This document shows positions 7,378 to 8,010 of a DNA stretch of 8,010 bases, in pieces. Each line of letters opens with the position of its first letter. Position 1 is the first letter of the stretch. The notes beneath the pieces were generated by a model that had not been told where the DNA came from, ran no database searches, and saw only the letters and a list, made by a program, of their open reading frames with translations. The stretch comes from Octopus sinensis (taxonomy: Eukaryota), in the NCBI RefSeq assembly GCF_006345805.1, contig NW_021828665.1:1-8010 (forward strand). The letters run 5' to 3'. Made by a program: the position numbers and the translations under genes.

Positions 7378-7565
7378 CTTGAAACCTGAAACGGAGGTGC
7401 CGTGTGCATAGCTTTGTTTACATCACAACCGTAAATGTCAAACATCGCGTTGTCAAACCTTATCAACCTGTCTGTCTGTGTGTGGAGAGTGTGGAGGAGA
7501 GCAGCGCGTAACGCAGGGAGGTGCGCGAAAACGGGTGAATGTTTTACACACACACACACATAGAT

Positions 7566-7916
7566 AGGGCCGGTTTTAAACCAAGTGGACCAGGGGCTCG
7601 CACTCTACATGTTAGCTCCACTAAAACACACATTCAAAGGGGCTCGGTAAACAGTTATACCCGAAGGTTCTCAATACTCTCACTCCACCCCCGAATTGGA
7701 CAGATTTCTTCGAATTGGGCCAGGCGCACATGCTGGAGCAGAGGAAGCTATGGTGAATTTCTAGTATAGCATTAGGGCCAATGGTGGAGCCTTAAGTCCT
7801 CAACCCTTTTTGGCTGGGACTGACAAAGCATAAAACATCAATTCCCAGCTTTTGTAGAGTTGAGGGCCCCAATCACAATTCTCTAATTGGGCCCCGCATT
7901 TCCTAGCCCCGGCCCT
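7566..7916. mobile_element. 351-bp hAT-like MITE inserted in a (CA)n tract
   Basis: Terminal inverted repeats AGGGCCGG (7566-7573) and CCGGCCCT (7909-7916), the (C)AGGGCCGG terminus type known from non-autonomous hAT elements. Internal GGGCC motifs at 7717, 7775, 7864 and 7889; GGGGCTC at 7593 and 7639. More GC-rich than its flanks, with CA runs on both sides. No clean 8-bp TSD. Confidence 0.72.
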
Positions 7917-8010
7917 CACACACACACACACACACACACACGTATGTATGTATGTACGTATGTACGTATGTATATTTATATGTTTGTATATATGTAAATG
8001 TATGCATGTA
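7917..8010 (+). repeat. (CA)n followed by TATG/TACG/TA low-complexity run
   Basis: Read directly. Confidence 0.92.

Noticed and set aside
6060-7769. ORFs 6060..6266, 6488..6796, 7126..7377, 7266..7559 and 7539..7769
   Set aside because: Low-complexity or microsatellite-driven, or spanning the MITE boundary; no recognisable protein.
1-8010. Conserved bilaterian miRNA or other ncRNA genes
   Set aside because: By eye I found no match to well-known mature miRNAs or to rRNA/snRNA motifs. This was not exhaustive; an Infernal/Rfam and MirGeneDB search would be needed to exclude them.

Overview
AT-rich eukaryotic (metazoan) non-coding DNA, intronic or intergenic. I find no supportable host protein-coding gene, RNA gene or CRISPR array. 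The window is a transposon graveyard with dense microsatellites. Best-supported elements: a decayed RTE/BovB-type LINE 3' fragment (+, ~3080-3560), a decayed 5'-truncated CR1-clade LINE fragment with its A-tail (-, ~4001-4640), the left end of a hAT-Charlie-type element (3598 onward), and a 351-bp hAT-like MITE inserted in a (CA)n tract (7566-7916). Three or four degenerate SINE-like pieces resemble, from memory only, abundant octopus repeats. Together with the TATG/TG/CA/GA/TA microsatellite load, this suggests a coleoid cephalopod (Octopus-like) genome; that is an inference, not a search result. Most listed ORFs are microsatellite artefacts or antisense/frameshifted pieces of the LINEs. I see no convincing new biological system. 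The second-look items are structural: a microsatellite-spaced 33-bp anchor repeat, a TE pile-up, a possible pogo relic, a candidate exon, fold-back repeats and a CpG/motif-rich island.
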